This document shows positions 7,214 through 15,828 of a stretch of 64,000 nucleotides of DNA, piece by piece (position 1 is the first letter of the stretch; every line of letters begins with the position of its first letter). Source of the DNA: Planctomycetota bacterium. GTDB lineage: Bacteria; Planctomycetota; Brocadiia; JAADGH01. The translations under genes and the position numbers were made by a program. Below the pieces are notes generated by a model. That model did no database searches. It was not told where the DNA came from and was given only the letters and a program-made list of their open reading frames with translations. The stretch covers positions 224,001-288,000 of the forward strand of contig JBFMAD010000002.1 of assembly GCA_040755855.1 (NCBI GenBank). The letters are read 5' to 3'.

Positions 7214-9511
7214 ATGAGATCAAACCACAAGCCGTTCATCGTCCTCCTGTTGCTGTTTGCCTGTTCCGCGGTCATGGCCGCAGGGCCCGCGGAGGAGGCG
7301 CGCAAGATCGCGCCGAAGATCAAGGACTACTTCTTCAAGCACCAAATCATCCGCATCGGCCTGCCCGCTGTCGAGCCGCTCTTCGAGCAACTGACCGAAC
7401 CGAAGAACGAAACGATCTCCTTCGAGACGCGCAGCGCCCTGCGGTGGATCGCCCGCGACGCGAAGGATAAGACGGCCCTGCTCGACCTGCTGAAGAACCA
7501 GACCAAGCCCGACAGGCCCGCCCCAGTCCGATGCCTCGCCGTCGAATTGATCGGGGTCGTTGGCGGCGCGGAGGCGGTCGGGATCATCGCCCCCCTGCTC
7601 GCCGACGCCGCCGTGTGCGATGCGGCCTGCGCTGCGCTGACGCAGGTCCCCGGCGAGGCCGCGACGAAGGCCCTGGCAGATGCCTATGACAAGGCGCAGC
7701 CGGAGTTTCGCTGCTCGATCCTCCACGCCCTCGGCGTCCGCAGGGACCCATTGGCGAGGGAGATCGTTCGCAGGGCGATAAACGACGGCGACGAGAATGT
7801 CTCTCTCGCCGCGATCAGCGCCCTGGGCATGATGGGGGGCTGGCCCGATGCAACGGCGCTGGAGAACCTGGTGAAAACAGGATCGACCAAGCAGAAGGCC
7901 GCCGCCTTCGACGAGATGCTTGCCATCGGCGAGCGATCGCTGACCAGTGGAAAGGCGGAGGATGCCTTCCGCATCTTCGGCGTCGCCATGACGCTGGCGC
8001 CGGACAACGCCCTGCGCGCCAGGGCCATCGCCGGGCTGGGGCGAACGGGCAATCCGGAAGTTGCGCCGATCCTGGACAACTTCACGCGGAGCGGCGTTAC
8101 CGTGGAGCCTGTCGTGAAATCCGCCGCCCAAAATGCGTATGTTGATCTGGCCGACTCGCTCTGGGATAAGGGGCAGAAGGACGCGGCGGCCAAACTGTAT
8201 CTCAAGGCCCTCGATATGGCCTCTGGCGAGGCGGCGCAGGTCCGCGCCCTGATCGGCGCGGGCCGCGCTGGCAGTCCGGATTCCATCCCGAAGATCGAGG
8301 CGTTGCTTCAGAAGGGATCGCCAAAGGTGCAGTCGGCTGCGGCGTCGGCCATCAAACTCATCCCCGGCAAGGCGGCGACGCAGGCCATGACGAAGGCCCT
8401 CCCCGCCGCGCCGCCGTCCGTGCAGGCGGTGCTCCTGACGGCCCTCGGCGAGCGGGCCGATGCGGAGGTGGTCCAGGTCATGGCCCCCCTGACGATGAGC
8501 CAGAACGAGGAGACGGCTGTGGCCGCCGTCGAGGCCCTCGGCCGGACGGGCATCCCCGCCGCACAGACGCCGTTGCTTACCGCAGCGGAGAAGGGAAGCG
8601 ACCGGGTGAAGGCCGAGGCCGTTCAGGCATTGCTCCGCCTCGCGCAATCGCTGCTCGACAAGGACGCCGCGGCGGATGCCGGGAAGGTCTGTTCGCGACT
8701 GCTCGACCTTGCCACGGACGAAGCGGTCCGCGTTCAGGTGTTTGCGGGGATGCGAAAGGCGGCGAGTGCGGAACTCGGCGAGAAGATCGCCGGCCTCATC
8801 GAGGGCGAGAAGGGCGCGGCCAGAGAGGAAGCGGTCAAGGCCCTCCTGGCCTGCGCCGACAGGGCGTTCGACTCGGACAAGAAGGACGCATCGAAGGCGA
8901 TGTATCAGAAGGTCCTCCAAGTATCTCCGCCCTGCTCGCGGCAGGCGGCGGAGGCGGGGTATCGCCTGAGCAGGCTCGGCGAGACGTTCGCCACGGACGC
9001 GAAGGACGGCATAGTGAGCCAGTGGTGGATCATCGGCGCATGGCGCGCCCGGGATCATGGCGAATGGAAGCGGGAGCATGGCGCGGAGAAGGACTGGAAG
9101 AAGGCGAAGAAGATTGACCTGACCAAGGAGTACCCGCAGGGGAAGCGGACGCTCCGATGGATGCCCGTGCGAACGGACGACAAGAAGGGCGCGTTCGACA
9201 TGAACAGGCTCTTCGTCAGCAACGACGAGTGCGTCGCCTACTGCTATGCAGAGATCACGGTGGGCCAGGAGCAGGACGTCAATTTGGAGATTCACAGCGA
9301 CGACGGCCACCGTCTCTTCGTGAACGGCGAGCCGGCGCACGAGTATCTCAAGGACCATAAGCGCACGGAGAAGGACGACCGCGGCGCGATCCACCTCAAG
9401 ACCGGGGCGAACCATCTCCTCCTCAAGTCATGCGAATCTTCGGGAGAGTGGATGTTCTCTCTGCGGCTGACGGGGAAGGACGGGAGGGCGGCGGCGTTCC
9501 GGATTCAGTAG
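7214..9511 (+). CDS. Secreted HEAT-repeat protein with C-terminal PA14-like beta domain
   Basis: Signal peptide; many Ala/Leu HEAT repeats; C-terminal 'WWIIGAW...YCYAEI...SDDGHRLFVNG...GANHLLLK...WMFSLRL'. Confidence 0.85.
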   Translation: MRSNHKPFIVLLLLFACSAVMAAGPAEEARKIAPKIKDYFFKHQIIRIGLPAVEPLFEQLTEPKNETISFETRSALRWIARDAKDKTALLDLLKNQTKPDRPAPVRCLAVELIGVVGGAEAVGIIAPLLADAAVCDAACAALTQVPGEAATKALADAYDKAQPEFRCSILHALGVRRDPLAREIVRRAINDGDENVSLAAISALGMMGGWPDATALENLVKTGSTKQKAAAFDEMLAIGERSLTSGKAEDAFRIFGVAMTLAPDNALRARAIAGLGRTGNPEVAPILDNFTRSGVTVEPVVKSAAQNAYVDLADSLWDKGQKDAAAKLYLKALDMASGEAAQVRALIGAGRAGSPDSIPKIEALLQKGSPKVQSAAASAIKLIPGKAATQAMTKALPAAPPSVQAVLLTALGERADAEVVQVMAPLTMSQNEETAVAAVEALGRTGIPAAQTPLLTAAEKGSDRVKAEAVQALLRLAQSLLDKDAAADAGKVCSRLLDLATDEAVRVQVFAGMRKAASAELGEKIAGLIEGEKGAAREEAVKALLACADRAFDSDKKDASKAMYQKVLQVSPPCSRQAAEAGYRLSRLGETFATDAKDGIVSQWWIIGAWRARDHGEWKREHGAEKDWKKAKKIDLTKEYPQGKRTLRWMPVRTDDKKGAFDMNRLFVSNDECVAYCYAEITVGQEQDVNLEIHSDDGHRLFVNGEPAHEYLKDHKRTEKDDRGAIHLKTGANHLLLKSCESSGEWMFSLRLTGKDGRAAAFRIQ

Positions 9512-9564
9512 GTCGGGCCGTCCCGATTGCCGGTCCGACTTGCCATCTATTTCGTCATTCCCGC
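9508..9564 (+). repeat. GTAG REP-like hairpin plus half dRS3-like motif
   Basis: GTAG-GTCGGGCC...GGTCCGAC (9508-9539) overlapping the stop codon; GTCATTCCCGC at 9554-9564, related to the repeat at 45760. Confidence 0.5.
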
Positions 9565-9702
9565 ATCAACGACTGGCTCGACACGGCCGGGACCGGCGCG
9601 CCTCCGCGCAACAACGAGGACAACGCCCTCCGCGTCCTCCAGATCATTGACGCCATCTACCAGTCGTCCGAAAAAGGGCAGCGGGCGGATGTGGACATCT
9701 GA
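9565..9702 (+). pseudogene. 3' remnant of a Gfo/Idh/MocA oxidoreductase
   Basis: Translates 'INDWLDTAGTGAPPRNNEDNALRVLQIIDAIYQSSEKGQRADVDI*', a typical family C-terminus; no start or N-terminal domain. Confidence 0.7.
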
Positions 9703-9720
9703 CCCCCATTGTTCCCCCTA

Positions 9721-10503
9721 TTACTCCCGACCGGCGCGCAAGTCGCGCTCCCAGAGTTTGGCATACTTCAGAAATACATAAAAAGAACTTGCCACGGCAA
9801 TGATCAGCCCACGCACCCCATCCAGATACCCCTGTTTGATGAAATAACACGTGAAAAACTTCGCGATGGGTTTGGCAATCATCTCCGCCAGACGAACGTC
9901 CCTCCAGGCCATGCGCGTTTCCTGTGTCACTATAGTTGAAAAGCGGTCAATGGTCTCCAACTGGTTCGAGATGCTTGGGTAATTGTAATGGAGCAGATCG
10001 CCCGACAAGCGTCTTGTTTTTCCGTTCACTACGACCCTGTCATGCGGGTTTCTGCCGGCGATCCGGCCTCGGTCCCGCCGGAATAGGCGTAGTTTGCGAT
10101 CGGGATACCATCCCCCGTGATAGATCCAATTGCCCACGTAACTGGTCCGTCGAGCCACCAGAAACCCGTCTATCTCCGTATCATCCTCGATAATAGCCCG
10201 TCGGATCGAGGCGGCCAGTTCGGGGGAGACCTCTTCGTCGGCGTCGATCATCATCGCCCACGGCTGCGTGGTTTTACTCAGGGCGTATCCCTTCTGCTGG
10301 ACCATGCCCTGCCATTGGTGATGGTACACCTTGTCGGTGAACCCGCGTGCAACCTCCACGGTGCGGTCGGAGCTGAACGAATCCACCACAACGATCTCCT
10401 TCGCCCAGCAAACGGACTCCAGACACCTCCGGATATTGCTCTCCTCATTCCACGTTATGACAAACGCGGAAACGGGCAATTGCTCGATCTTGCCGGTTTT
10501 CAT
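9721..10503 (-). CDS. Glycosyltransferase family 2 (WaaE/KdtX-like)
   Basis: 'VITWNEESNIRRCLESV', 'VVDSFSSDRT', 'IDADE', 'WYPDRKLRLF', 'GYLDGVRGL'. Confidence 0.93.
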   Translation of the reverse strand: MKTGKIEQLPVSAFVITWNEESNIRRCLESVCWAKEIVVVDSFSSDRTVEVARGFTDKVYHHQWQGMVQQKGYALSKTTQPWAMMIDADEEVSPELAASIRRAIIEDDTEIDGFLVARRTSYVGNWIYHGGWYPDRKLRLFRRDRGRIAGRNPHDRVVVNGKTRRLSGDLLHYNYPSISNQLETIDRFSTIVTQETRMAWRDVRLAEMIAKPIAKFFTCYFIKQGYLDGVRGLIIAVASSFYVFLKYAKLWERDLRAGRE

Positions 10504-10569
10504 TCTTTGCCGCTCTTCGCACTCGTCTTCTGAAACACGATTGTAAACATAGCATACTTGGAAGCTATC

Positions 10570-12003
10570 TCACACCTGCCGTTCCGCCAGCTCGCCGAAG
10601 CGGTGGGCGATGGCCAGGGCGGGATCGAGGGGGACGTCGATGCGCTTGATGCCCTTCGGGATGCTGATCGTCGGCGTGGGCCGGAGCGATTTGCCCTCGA
10701 ACTGCGGCAGCCACTTGCCCTGCGCCTCCAGCATCTCCGCCGTCATCTCTCGAATCTCCTTCAGCGTGCATCGCGTGCTCGTCAGCGGGTCCAGGGCGAT
10801 GGCCTGCATGGCGTACTCTGGGTCGCCGGTCAGCCCCGCCTCGACGGCCAGCATCTGGACGGTGATGTTGCTCTGGTTCAGCGCGGCGCACTGCGGCGGC
10901 AGGTCGCCCACGGTCACCGGATGGATGCCCTGCTTGTCCACGAACACCGGCACCTCCACGCACGCCCCCTGCGGCAGGTTGGCGATGTAGCCGTCGTTGC
11001 GGACGTTGCCGTTCAGGCGGAAGGGCCTGTCCGTCTCGTGGGCTTCGAGGATGTAGGAACAGTACTCGACGCTGCGCCTGCCGAGTTTGGCATCCTCGGA
11101 TTCGAGGTAGTTGACGTCTTTGTACTTGGTGTCCAGCATCCGGGCGTATTTGTAGTAGGCCCCGCTCTCGCCGCCGAAGGCCGGCTCGTCGCAGTAGAGG
11201 TCGAGGGCGCGTTTGCTGGACCGGAACCAGGGGATGTACTCAGACAGGTGGCCGGTGGACTCGGTCATGAAGTAGCCGAAGTGGCGCATGACCTCGCAGC
11301 GCACCTTCTCATTCGCGTAATACTCAGGCTTCTCGATGTTCTCTCGCAGGATGGGCTGGAGGTCCCGGCCGTCGCGCTTGTCGCGGAGCTTCAGGAACCA
11401 GGCCATGTGGTTGATGCCCGCGCAGAGGAAATCAATCTGGTCCTTCGGCACATCCACGTATCGGCTGATGAGGTCGAGCGTGGTCTGGACGCCGTGGCAG
11501 AGGCCGATGAACTGCACCTTCTTCGCCGCCCGCCCCAGGGCGTAGCAGCACGCGGCCATGGGGTTGGTGTAGTTGAGGAAGAGCGCGTCGGGGCAGAGCT
11601 CCTCCATGTCGCGCATCATGTCCACGAGGACGGGGATCGTCCGCAGGCCGCGGAAGACGCCGCCCGGCCCGAGGCTGTCGCCGATGCACTGGTCCACGCC
11701 GTACTTCATCGGGATTTCGTAGTCAAGCTGGAACGCATCGAACCCGCCGACCTGGATCATGCAGATGACGTAGTCGGCGTCCTTGAGCGCCTCGCGGCGG
11801 TCGAGGGTCTTCCAGATCTTCGCGGGCAGTTTGTTCTCTTTGACCACGCGCTTGAGGAAGGTCTCCATGTTTTTCAGTTTCGGCAGGGTCCGGCTCATCA
11901 GGCAGATTTCGCTGTCCCTCAGTGCGTCGGTGGCGAGGATGTCCATGGTGAGCGTCTTGCAGAACACCATTGATCCCGCGCCGATCATTGCGATCTTGGG
12001 CAT
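10570..12003 (-). CDS. melA: Alpha-galactosidase, glycoside hydrolase family 4 (NAD+-dependent)
   Basis: 'KIAMIGAGS', 'IPMKYGVDQCIGD', 'NYTNPM', 'GLCHGVQ', 'AGINHMAW', 'TESTGHLSEY'. Confidence 0.92.
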   Translation of the reverse strand: MPKIAMIGAGSMVFCKTLTMDILATDALRDSEICLMSRTLPKLKNMETFLKRVVKENKLPAKIWKTLDRREALKDADYVICMIQVGGFDAFQLDYEIPMKYGVDQCIGDSLGPGGVFRGLRTIPVLVDMMRDMEELCPDALFLNYTNPMAACCYALGRAAKKVQFIGLCHGVQTTLDLISRYVDVPKDQIDFLCAGINHMAWFLKLRDKRDGRDLQPILRENIEKPEYYANEKVRCEVMRHFGYFMTESTGHLSEYIPWFRSSKRALDLYCDEPAFGGESGAYYKYARMLDTKYKDVNYLESEDAKLGRRSVEYCSYILEAHETDRPFRLNGNVRNDGYIANLPQGACVEVPVFVDKQGIHPVTVGDLPPQCAALNQSNITVQMLAVEAGLTGDPEYAMQAIALDPLTSTRCTLKEIREMTAEMLEAQGKWLPQFEGKSLRPTPTISIPKGIKRIDVPLDPALAIAHRFGELAERQV

Positions 12004-12039
12004 GGCACTCCTCCTTTTCTTGCTTACAAAGGCACTCTT

Positions 12040-14205
12040 TCATACTTGGTGCGCCGTTCGAGCGATAATGTCGTCCTGGAACTCCTTCTCCAGTCGGCAG
12101 AAGTAGGCGCTGAATCCGCCGACGCGGACGCAGAGATTCTGGTATCTTTCCGGATGCGCCTGCGCCTCCAGCAACTCCTCCCGACTCACCACGTTCACCT
12201 GAAGCTGCTGCCCGCCGTTTGAGAAATATGTCTTGAAGAGCTGAACGACCTTGAGGATCGCTTCGGGATGGTCGAATGTTGAGCGGGTGAATTTGACGTT
12301 CAGGTTTGTCGAGGTGACCGGCCCATTGCTCTGGGGAATTCGGCTCGCCGAGTTAAGGAGCGACGTGACGCCCGATCGGTCCGCGCCCTGCGACGCCCCG
12401 CAGGAGTCCGCCAGCGGCTCGCCCGCCTTCCGGCCGTCCGGGGTTGCTCCCGTCTGTTTCCCGCAGTGAACGTGGTATCGGAAGACGACCTCGCCGGGGA
12501 TGAAGCGGCCGCCCCCCTCGGCAGGTTGAGCGCGCAGCTCGGAGCACAGGTGCGCGGTGAGTCGTGTTCGAATATCGTCCACCTCGGGGTTGTCGTTACC
12601 GAACTTCGGCTGGGACTTCAGGAGCATCCGCAACTCGTCGTCGCCTTCGAAGTTCCTGTCCAGCGCCTCGACGAGCGCCGCCAGCGATATTCGCTTTTGT
12701 CGAAATACGATATTGCGAATAGCCGCCAGGCTATCGGCCAGGTTCGTCAGCCCTGCGATCTCGAGCTGAATGCCGTTGTACCTTGCCCCGCCGTCCCAGA
12801 TGCCGCGGCCCCGATCGAGACAATCCGTTGTCAGCATAGATCGGATACTATGTCCCTCATGCTCGCGGAAATGGCGGAAGTCCAGATTGTTGAGCCTCGC
12901 CTCCATGTGGGCGAAGTAGGAGAGATGCTCCCTTACCGCCTCCTCAAGCGACTCGTAGGTCTCGAACGCCCCCGGCGCGCCGGTCTGCGGAGAGACCTGG
13001 CGCTTCGTCGTCGGGTCATACCCGTTGTGAAGCGCGATCTCCAGAACCTTCGCCGCGTTCATCAGGCCCGTGTCGTTGAGAAAGTGCGCTCGCGGGCCGG
13101 GCATCACCTGCCCGCAACCGGCCAGGGCGTAGTCCCGCGCGTCCCCGATCGAAATTCCTCCTTTCACCAGGCCGGCGATGACGCCCTCGTCGTTGTAGAG
13201 CGCGGGTATCCCGCGTCCGCAGGCAATCGTTTTGGCCGCCGCTTCCCAGAGCGCCTCGGGAGAGTTCTTGTGCAGTCTCACACAAAGGTTGGGATGGGGA
13301 TGAGGGAAGCTCCGCGTCGCCTCCAGCGCGAGGTATGTCAGGTCGTTTGTCGCGTCATTGCCCGCGCGGTCGAGTCCCCCGATGGTGAGGTTCTGGATCG
13401 GCCCCGCCTGCCGAGTCTTCTCCCAGACGGCCAGCACGAGCGCCAGCGCGCAGTCCCTTGCCAACCGGCCTGCGCGGACATCTGCCGCGTAATATGGATA
13501 GGCGTACTGGTCGAAACGGCCATAGCTGTCCCGCCCCCAGATCTCGTGCAGGAGCCATATCTGCTGAAGCGCATCGTGAAAATCGCGCGCAGGCTCATGC
13601 GCGAGACGGAGGAATCTTTCGGACATCACTGGCGGCGCGTTGAGTTCTTCCGCCTTTCGGGCGAATCGCTCCCAGAGCGAGGACAGCGCCGCGACGAGGA
13701 TTCGCATCGCCTCGTAGAAGCCGGCGGCTTTCGGGTTCTTGTGTGCGCGCTCGGACACAACCTTCGCAATGCCGTCCCATCCCTGCGTCAGCAAGCGTTC
13801 GTGGTCCGGGAACATGTGCCCCGCCCATTGCTGTGTGACTGCGGTCCCCGAGTCCCACACCCGACGTTCCTCCTCCGACGCCTTGTCCCTTGGGAAGGAA
13901 CCGTAACTGTGTTGGGCGACGACCCTCAACTTTTCCTCAAGCGCGGCTGTCCACCGCCCTTCGTCCTTGAGCTGCTTCACAAAATCCCAGCGCACGCACG
14001 TGCCTCGGGGATAGTAGAACCATACCGGTTCGTCGGGGACGATGCTTCCCGTGATCAATTCGCCGGGCGAGACCGCAATCGTGCAGTTTTTCCAGTAGAC
14101 GGCAAGGGCGTGGGCCTCCCGCAACACGGGCGGCTCATGCAGGCGCTCGATGTAGGCGTCGAGATATGTGGTCCGAACATCGTGTTGCGTCGCCGGTCGA
14201 ATCAC
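12040..14205 (-). CDS. Glycyl radical enzyme (pyruvate formate lyase-like family), substrate unknown
   Basis: Gly loop 'CVRVGGFSAYF', Cys loop 'LAGCGQV', 'GRFDQY', 'KFGNDNPEVD', 'GATPDGRKAGEPLADS'; GTG start. Confidence 0.92.
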   Translation of the reverse strand: MIRPATQHDVRTTYLDAYIERLHEPPVLREAHALAVYWKNCTIAVSPGELITGSIVPDEPVWFYYPRGTCVRWDFVKQLKDEGRWTAALEEKLRVVAQHSYGSFPRDKASEEERRVWDSGTAVTQQWAGHMFPDHERLLTQGWDGIAKVVSERAHKNPKAAGFYEAMRILVAALSSLWERFARKAEELNAPPVMSERFLRLAHEPARDFHDALQQIWLLHEIWGRDSYGRFDQYAYPYYAADVRAGRLARDCALALVLAVWEKTRQAGPIQNLTIGGLDRAGNDATNDLTYLALEATRSFPHPHPNLCVRLHKNSPEALWEAAAKTIACGRGIPALYNDEGVIAGLVKGGISIGDARDYALAGCGQVMPGPRAHFLNDTGLMNAAKVLEIALHNGYDPTTKRQVSPQTGAPGAFETYESLEEAVREHLSYFAHMEARLNNLDFRHFREHEGHSIRSMLTTDCLDRGRGIWDGGARYNGIQLEIAGLTNLADSLAAIRNIVFRQKRISLAALVEALDRNFEGDDELRMLLKSQPKFGNDNPEVDDIRTRLTAHLCSELRAQPAEGGGRFIPGEVVFRYHVHCGKQTGATPDGRKAGEPLADSCGASQGADRSGVTSLLNSASRIPQSNGPVTSTNLNVKFTRSTFDHPEAILKVVQLFKTYFSNGGQQLQVNVVSREELLEAQAHPERYQNLCVRVGGFSAYFCRLEKEFQDDIIARTAHQV

Positions 14206-14241
14206 TCGATCCGCCTTCCTTCGCCAAAGGATGTCTCGAAC

Positions 14242-14796
14242 CTACTTCTTGGCCCGCTTTGCATCGCCCAGAACGGCGTAGATCGGCTCGGGGTAGCGGA
14301 TGCAGAAGGGGACTCTTGCTTTGATGACGTCAATGGACCCGTCTTTGTCGAGGAGGTCTTCCTCGACGTGGCCGCACAGCACCTTGCCGATGACCAAACT
14401 GTGATAGCCGATCTCCATCTCCTTCCAGAACTCGCACTCAATGTTGGCCGGGAACTCGGCGATGAGCGGGGGCTTCACGAGGTCCGCCGGCGCCGTGGTC
14501 AGGCCGGCCGCGTCCAGCTCGCTCGTGTCCGGGGGGATGTCCTCGCCGCAGATCTCCAGGGCGCGGATCTGGTCCTGGCGCGGGACGTTGATGACGAACT
14601 CGCCCGTCCGCTTGATGTTCTGGTAGGTGTGGCTGGGTGTGCCGATGGCGATGGCGATCTCCTTCGGTCCCACATTCGTGTAAGCGCCGAACGTCCCCGC
14701 GTTGACAACGCCGTTTTCGTGTAGCGTGGTGATGATGATGCACGGGCGGCACCGGCAGAGACTTGTGGCCTTCGCGCGGACCTTGACCTTGGCCAT
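14242..14796 (-). CDS. Flavin reductase-like protein
   Basis: 'TLHENGVVNAG', 'SHTYQNIKRTGEFVIN', 'VKPPLIAEFPANIEC'. Confidence 0.9.
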   Translation of the reverse strand: MAKVKVRAKATSLCRCRPCIIITTLHENGVVNAGTFGAYTNVGPKEIAIAIGTPSHTYQNIKRTGEFVINVPRQDQIRALEICGEDIPPDTSELDAAGLTTAPADLVKPPLIAEFPANIECEFWKEMEIGYHSLVIGKVLCGHVEEDLLDKDGSIDVIKARVPFCIRYPEPIYAVLGDAKRAKK

Positions 14797-14873
14797 GGGA
14801 CGATCTCCTTTTCTTTGAGGTGAGAGAGAAATACATCGTATCGCTGACCGGAAGTCATGTCAACAGCCTGGCC

Positions 14874-14921
14874 TGGGAAAATGGGGACAGACCTGACGTC
14901 CGGTCTGCCCCAATTTTCCCA
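14874..14921. repeat. Long imperfect intergenic palindrome
   Basis: TGGGAAAATGGGGACAGACC...GGTCTGCCCCAATTTTCCCA between divergent genes. Confidence 0.6.
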
Positions 14922-14930
14922 TCGCTCGAC

Positions 14931-14958
14931 TTGACTAATTCTATCCATGGGATATACT
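14931..14958 (+). promoter_or_regulatory. Sigma70-like promoter for the PilZ gene
   Basis: TTGACT-N16-TATACT; the same hexamers and spacing occur at 57505. Confidence 0.55.
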
Positions 14959-15049
14959 GTCAGTAGAGGGGATCATCAGGAGGGGAGCGGGCGGGCGCTA
15001 CCGGAAGCACCATCGAAAGCAAGCAGCCTCACGTGAAGGGAGCGACGCC

Positions 15050-15805
15050 ATGCCATGGACCAACGAGCAGAGCGGACGAATCCTGGCCGAGTTCTGGGAG
15101 AATGGGGGGCAGCACACCAAAATTGCCCATTGCCCCGCGGACGGGGCCCAGCTCGAGCTGCACTTTGCGGAGGTGGGGAAGGAGTACGGCCTGATGGCCC
15201 GCTGTCCCGTATGCGAGAGTGAGGAGAACATCGGCCGCGAGATCGACCCGAAGAGGCGGGAGTTCCGACAGTGGACGCCGGAAGATGTGAAACAAGTGGA
15301 GCCGGCCTACCGCGGCGGCGGGGTGAAGTGTCCGGTCTGCGATACCCCCATTGACGTAAGCCTCAAAACAGGAGGGGATCTCGGGGAGCATTACCTCCTC
15401 CGGTGCATTCGCTGCAACAATTCTCATGTGGAGATTCCCGGCAAACACGAGGCGCCTTGGAACGGCGAAGAACGCCGAAAACATCCCAGGACGAGACTCC
15501 AACACATCGTGCAGGTCAGTCAGGATTGCCCGGAAGGCGGCCTCCAAAGGACGGTCATGGGCGGCACATACGATATGAGCGAGGGGGGCATGCAATTTGA
15601 CGCGCAGGCGGCCTTCGCCGTGGGCGCCAATGTGACGGTCAGCTTTACCTTGGGCGAGCAAATCATCGAGGCATCCGCCCGGGTGATCCATTGCGCCTCC
15701 ATCGAGGACGGCTCGATCCGCACAGGCGTGCTATTCACGAATCTGTCCGATGCGGATAGGGCGCTCATCGCGGACTACTGTCGCAGGGCGGGCCGCCCGG
15801 AATAG
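15050..15805 (+). CDS. Tandem zinc-ribbon plus PilZ domain protein
   Basis: Two WTxE...CP...CxxC units; PilZ motifs 'ERRKHPR' and 'DMSEGG'. Confidence 0.85.
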   Translation: MPWTNEQSGRILAEFWENGGQHTKIAHCPADGAQLELHFAEVGKEYGLMARCPVCESEENIGREIDPKRREFRQWTPEDVKQVEPAYRGGGVKCPVCDTPIDVSLKTGGDLGEHYLLRCIRCNNSHVEIPGKHEAPWNGEERRKHPRTRLQHIVQVSQDCPEGGLQRTVMGGTYDMSEGGMQFDAQAAFAVGANVTVSFTLGEQIIEASARVIHCASIEDGSIRTGVLFTNLSDADRALIADYCRRAGRPE

Positions 15806-15828
15806 ACGGCGCGGACTTGGGCCATGGG

